DNA from: Terrimicrobiaceae bacterium
Lineage (GTDB): Bacteria; Verrucomicrobiota; Verrucomicrobiia; Chthoniobacterales; Terrimicrobiaceae
DNA length: 19,090 nucleotides
NCBI GenBank assembly: GCA_041752695.1
Contig: JBGSVZ010000129.1
Span: 1 to 19,090 of the forward strand
Direction of reading: 5' to 3'
Positions 16,081 through 19,090 of the stretch are shown here, one piece after another. Each line of letters starts with the position of its first letter. Position 1 is the stretch's first letter. Under the pieces are notes generated by a model. The model worked only from the letters and a program-made list of their open reading frames with translations, was not told where the DNA came from and ran no database searches. A program made the translations under genes and the position numbers.

Positions 16081-16099
16081 GAAATATGGGACTGACCCC
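16069..16099 (-). repeat. RAYT-associated repeat copy R5
   Basis: gggaaatgttaggaaatatgggactgacccc; contains the stop codons of both the transposase and maf. Confidence 0.95.
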
Positions 16100-16673
16100 G
16101 GGGTGGGGGGAAATGGTCGCGGAGGTTTTCCAGGAGGCGTTCGATGGGGAGGCCGACGACGTTGCTCATGGAACCTTCGAGATGTTCAATGAGGCGGCCT
16201 TGATCTTCCTGCGCGGCGTAGGCGCCGGCTTTGTCCAGGGGGTTCATGCTGGCGAGGTAGGCGTCGAGGTCGACTTCGTCGATGGGGCGGAATTTCACGC
16301 GGGTCGATTCGACGAAGCGGACCATTTTTTCGCCGGCGCGGTGGACGAGGCAGACGCCGGTGAGGACTTCGTGTACGCGGCCGCAGAAGGTTTCCAGCAT
16401 GGCACGCGCTTCGGTGAGGTCGGCGGGTTTGCCGAATGTCTTGTTGTCGAGGGAGACGACGGTGTCCGCGCCGAGCACCAGGCGGTCAGGAAAGCGGGCG
16501 GCGACTTCCAGGGCTTTGCTCTCCGCGTTGATCAGGCAGAGTTCCCGCGCGGAGAGAGAGGGGTCCGCGAGTTCTTCGATGTAGGCGGGACGGACCTCAA
16601 ATGGAATACCGGCTTGGGCGAGCAGTTCGCTGCGCCGGGGTGAGGTGGAGGCTAGGGTGATCAGGGCGCTTAT
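16077..16673 (-). CDS. maf: Maf family nucleoside triphosphate pyrophosphatase (YhdE-like)
   Basis: ITLASTSPRRSELL, VLGADTVV, GKPAD, HEVLTGV, DKAGAYAAQ and GSMSNVVGLP. No canonical start near the domain boundary, so ATA at 16673 is proposed. Confidence 0.9.
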   Translation of the reverse strand: MSALITLASTSPRRSELLAQAGIPFEVRPAYIEELADPSLSARELCLINAESKALEVAARFPDRLVLGADTVVSLDNKTFGKPADLTEARAMLETFCGRVHEVLTGVCLVHRAGEKMVRFVESTRVKFRPIDEVDLDAYLASMNPLDKAGAYAAQEDQGRLIEHLEGSMSNVVGLPIERLLENLRDHFPPPRGQSHIS

Positions 16674-16960
16674 TCTAAGCCGTTCACGCCAGAGCTGCGG
16701 CGGATGCCTTCGAGTTGCTGGCGCATGCGACGGGAGGAATCCGGGCGGTTGTTGACTTGGGTGATGATGCCGACGACGAGGGGGAGTACGGTGGCCGCAC
16801 CGGCGCCGATGAGGGCAATGGCGGTGCGCTGGCGGGCGGAGTGCCCGAATTTGTCGGACAAAAGCAATCCTACACCGAAGCCGACAGCCGCTTGGGAAAG
16901 CGCCACGATACCGGTGACAGGAAGATTTTCTCCAAATTTTTCGAGAGAGACGGGAGACAT
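16670..16960 (-). CDS. Small membrane protein (hypothetical, 96 aa)
   Basis: MSPVSLEKFGENLPVTGIVALSQAAVGFGVGLLL...IALIGAGAATVLPLVVGII gives two hydrophobic segments. Lies upstream of maf and diverges from ruvX. Confidence 0.75.
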   Translation of the reverse strand: MSPVSLEKFGENLPVTGIVALSQAAVGFGVGLLLSDKFGHSARQRTAIALIGAGAATVLPLVVGIITQVNNRPDSSRRMRQQLEGIRRSSGVNGLE

Positions 16961-17011
16961 GGTATTGCGGAACGTAGGTTTGTGGTGTGGGATTTTCAAC
17001 ACGAAATGGAA

Positions 17012-17434
17012 ATGAAACGATTTCTTGGCATTGATCCCGGCGACGCAAGGGTGGGGGTGGCGATCAGTGATGAGCTTGGGATGCTGGCGCACCCGCTAGA
17101 AACCATCCAGGTGCGGACGTCCGACCCGGTGAAACGCATCGTCGCACTGGTGGCGGAAAAGGCGGTGGGTGTGGTGATCGTGGGCGTGCCACGGAACATG
17201 GACGGCTCGTTTGGTCCCGCCGCGGAAAAATCCCGCGCGCTCATCGCGGCCTTGAAAGTTGTGGTGCCCTGCCGGGTGCTGCCGTGGGATGAGCGACTGA
17301 CCACGGTCTCCGCGGAACGCGCGCTGCGAGAGGCGGGTCGCAAAGCAAAGGATCAGCGCAAGGTGGTGGACCAGGCCGCGGCGCAGATCATTTTGCAAAG
17401 CTGGATGGACTCTGCCGCCGGGGCGGCGGAGTGA
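17012..17434 (+). CDS. ruvX: Holliday junction resolvase-like protein RuvX/YqgF (pre-16S rRNA nuclease)
   Basis: MKRFLGIDPGDARVGVAISD, VGVPRNMDGS, WDERLTT and VDQAAAQIILQSW. Confidence 0.95.
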   Translation: MKRFLGIDPGDARVGVAISDELGMLAHPLETIQVRTSDPVKRIVALVAEKAVGVVIVGVPRNMDGSFGPAAEKSRALIAALKVVVPCRVLPWDERLTTVSAERALREAGRKAKDQRKVVDQAAAQIILQSWMDSAAGAAE

Positions 17435-17545
17435 AAGTGCGAGTGAAAATGCAAGTGAGAGTGAAAGGGGAAGAGGTCCCGCTTGCTGGGTTGCGTTTTG
17501 CGCTTTCACTTTCCTTTTCACCCTCACTCACAGCTTCAGATTCAC
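17429..17545. repeat. Degenerate hexamer repeat (RAGTGA)n followed by its complement (YTTTCA/TCACTY)n
   Basis: gagtga aagtgc gagtga aaatgc aagtga gagtga aagggg ... ctttca ctttcc ttttca ccctca ctcaca gcttca gattca. Confidence 0.7.
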
Positions 17546-17549
17546 GTCC

Positions 17550-18281
17550 ATGAAGCTGAAACTGAGCATTGCCTATGATGGCACGCCTTTTGCGGGCTGG
17601 CAGAGTCAGGCGGCGGGAGATGCGGTTCAGGATGTGATCGAGCGGGCGTTGCAAAAAATTTCCGGCGGGCGGATCGTGCTGCACGGATCGGGGAGGACAG
17701 ACGCGGGGGTTCATGCGCTGGAACAGTGTGCGCACTTTGACGGCGAGGGTCCGTTGTCTCCAAACGACTGGCAGCGGGCGCTCAACGCGAACCTGCCGCC
17801 GACGGTGCGCATTTTGCAGGCGGAGGAAGCCGCGGCTGATTTTCACGCGCGGTTTGATGCGAAGGGGAAAATTTACCGATATGTCGTTCGTAATGCTCCG
17901 GTGCTGTCCCCGCATGAAGTGGATCGGGTCTGGCATGTGCCTCACGATTTGAATTTCGAATGGCTGCACGACGCGGCGAAGATTTTTGAAGGACGGCATG
18001 ATTTTGCGGCGTTTTCGGCCAACCGGGGAGGCACGGTGCGGGACACCCATCGCACGGTGCGCGAGGTCTCGGTTTCCCAGGACGGAACCCTGCTCACTCT
18101 GACGTTTGAGGGGGAGGGGTTTCTCTACAAGATGGTGCGGATGATGGCCGGTGCAGCGGTCCGCGCCGCCTTGGGCCGGGAAGACGTGGAGAGCTTGCGC
18201 AGAAGGCTGGTCGGGCCGGGGCCTCGCTGGAATCATGTCGCTCCAGCCTGCGGACTGTACCTCGTAAAGGTACTTTACTGA
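17550..18281 (+). CDS. truA: tRNA pseudouridine(38-40) synthase TruA
   Basis: IAYDGTPFAGWQSQ, GSGRTDAGVHA (catalytic Asp), FHARFDAKGKIYRY, GRHDFAAF, GFLYKMVRMM and APACGLYL. Confidence 0.97.
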   Translation: MKLKLSIAYDGTPFAGWQSQAAGDAVQDVIERALQKISGGRIVLHGSGRTDAGVHALEQCAHFDGEGPLSPNDWQRALNANLPPTVRILQAEEAAADFHARFDAKGKIYRYVVRNAPVLSPHEVDRVWHVPHDLNFEWLHDAAKIFEGRHDFAAFSANRGGTVRDTHRTVREVSVSQDGTLLTLTFEGEGFLYKMVRMMAGAAVRAALGREDVESLRRRLVGPGPRWNHVAPACGLYLVKVLY

Positions 18282-18793
18282 ACCGCGGCGGTTGCCGGGA
18301 CGGCGGGTTTGATTTTCACGGCAAAGTTGTCGTACTCCAGCAGGATCCCTGCGGCCTCGCCGATGTAGCGGAGGGCTTCGAAAGCGGGGATGTTTTGCAG
18401 GCTGAGGGTCACGCGCTTGTCCTGTCCTTCGGGAACCATCCAGACGACGTTCACCGACTGCTTGCCGCCGGTTTGTTTTTGCACCTGCTGGGCGACGTAT
18501 TCAAAAGCCTCGCGGGCGGAAGCATCGGAAAACTCCACTTTAGGCAGGGTGATTTTTTTCAGTGTGGCGGGGAGCGAGCTGCCGGCTTTGGTCTGGGCCT
18601 GGATCATGCGCAGGTAGTTTTGCGCGGCCTGATTTTTGGGATCCGAGGCCAGAACGGTCTGAAACAGGGCACTGGCAGTCTCGTAGTCGCCGCCGTGGAA
18701 GGCGCGCACGGCGTCGTTGAGGACGGCAGGTCCGGCCTTTTGAGCCAACAGGGGGCTGGTCATGAGCAGCAGGGGGAGGAGGAACCGTTTCAT
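18275..18793 (-). CDS. Secreted protein with a TPR-like repeat and a secretin/STN-like domain
   Basis: Signal peptide MKRFLLPLLLMTSPLLA. AFHGGDYETASALFQTVLASDPKNQAAQNYL is TPR-like. LKKITLPKVEFSDASAREA...VTLSLQNIPAFEALRYI is STN/secretin-N-like. Confidence 0.7.
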   Translation of the reverse strand: MKRFLLPLLLMTSPLLAQKAGPAVLNDAVRAFHGGDYETASALFQTVLASDPKNQAAQNYLRMIQAQTKAGSSLPATLKKITLPKVEFSDASAREAFEYVAQQVQKQTGGKQSVNVVWMVPEGQDKRVTLSLQNIPAFEALRYIGEAAGILLEYDNFAVKIKPAVPATAAVQ

Positions 18794-18880
18794 GGTGGGG
18801 AAAGATGGCACAGTCCCTGGAAAGGTTCAATCCGTGAGTAGCTTGATTGAAAGGTTGCATCTGTTACGGTGCGCGGCGAG

Positions 18881-19090
18881 ATGCGGAAGTTTACCCTTTT
18901 TTGGCTGCTGGCGGTGGTCGTCCTGGCGGTCGAGCTCCCGCCCTTGCGCGCGCAAATGAGCGAGGAGGAAAAGAAGAACCTCTTCCTGCGCGCCCGTGAA
19001 GATATTCGTCCCGTGCCGCGGCCGCAGGCTTCCGCGACGCCGCGGCCGAAACCCAAGCCTGTCTCCAGTCCGACGCCGCGAGCAACGCCC
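18881..19090 (+). CDS. Secreted protein with Pro-rich linker, 3'-truncated by the window edge
   Basis: ATG at 18881 opens MRKFTLFWLLAVVVLAVELPPLRAQMSEEEKKNLFLRAREDIRPVPRPQASATPRPKPKPVSSPTPRATP, which runs to the window end. Divergent from 18793. Confidence 0.75.
   Translation, partial: MRKFTLFWLLAVVVLAVELPPLRAQMSEEEKKNLFLRAREDIRPVPRPQASATPRPKPKPVSSPTPRATP

Larger units (their letters stand above)
15080..16099 (+). mobile_element. RAYT-like HUH (Y1) transposase unit bounded by 31-bp terminal inverted repeats (R4, R5)
   Basis: Left 15080-15110 ggggtcagtcccatattttctaacatttccc and right 16069-16099 gggaaatgttaggaaatatgggactgacccc match 30/31 as inverted repeats. They enclose only the transposase gene. 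No target-site duplication is visible. Confidence 0.8.

Noticed and set aside
9886..16099. CRISPR array interpretation of the ~30-bp repeats
   Set aside because: Copies are 0.8-2.6 kb apart, in mixed orientation and separated by whole genes. No cas genes are present.
15080..16099. Tn3-family element because the TIRs start with GGGG
   Set aside because: The enclosed protein is a 311-aa HUH Y1 enzyme rather than a ~1000-aa DDE transposase, and there is no 5-bp target duplication.
12464..16643. Long opposite-strand ORFs (12464..13447, 13567..14883, 15067..15651, 16074..16643)
   Set aside because: These are antisense shadows of well-supported genes in GC-rich DNA. The MGLTP peptides in some of them simply come from the repeat.

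Overview
GC-rich bacterial chromosome segment. The PEP-CTERM proteins and gene set suggest Verrucomicrobiota, which is an inference. The left part (1-9813) holds an NAD-dependent epimerase tail, an L,D-transpeptidase, two tandem beta-helical PEP-CTERM paralogs sharing a near-identical 135-bp 3' end, a ResB-like protein, an AsmA-like protein and a pair of hypothetical genes. The right part (16077-19090) holds housekeeping genes (maf, ruvX/yqgF, truA) and secreted hypotheticals. Between them, 9886-16099 is a 6.2-kb region punctuated by five copies of a ~30-bp largely non-palindromic repeat (GGGGTCAGTCCCATAWWTYCTAACAT...). Two copies form terminal inverted repeats around a RAYT-like HUH/Y1 transposase. 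The other three separate discrete gene modules: a PEP-CTERM gene with a long hairpin-rich leader, a Phd/VapC toxin-antitoxin pair, and an amino-acid ABC transporter. A cluster of truncated GGGGTCA cores lies next to one repeat. This HUH-transposase, repeat-delimited cassette array is the best candidate for an undescribed system.
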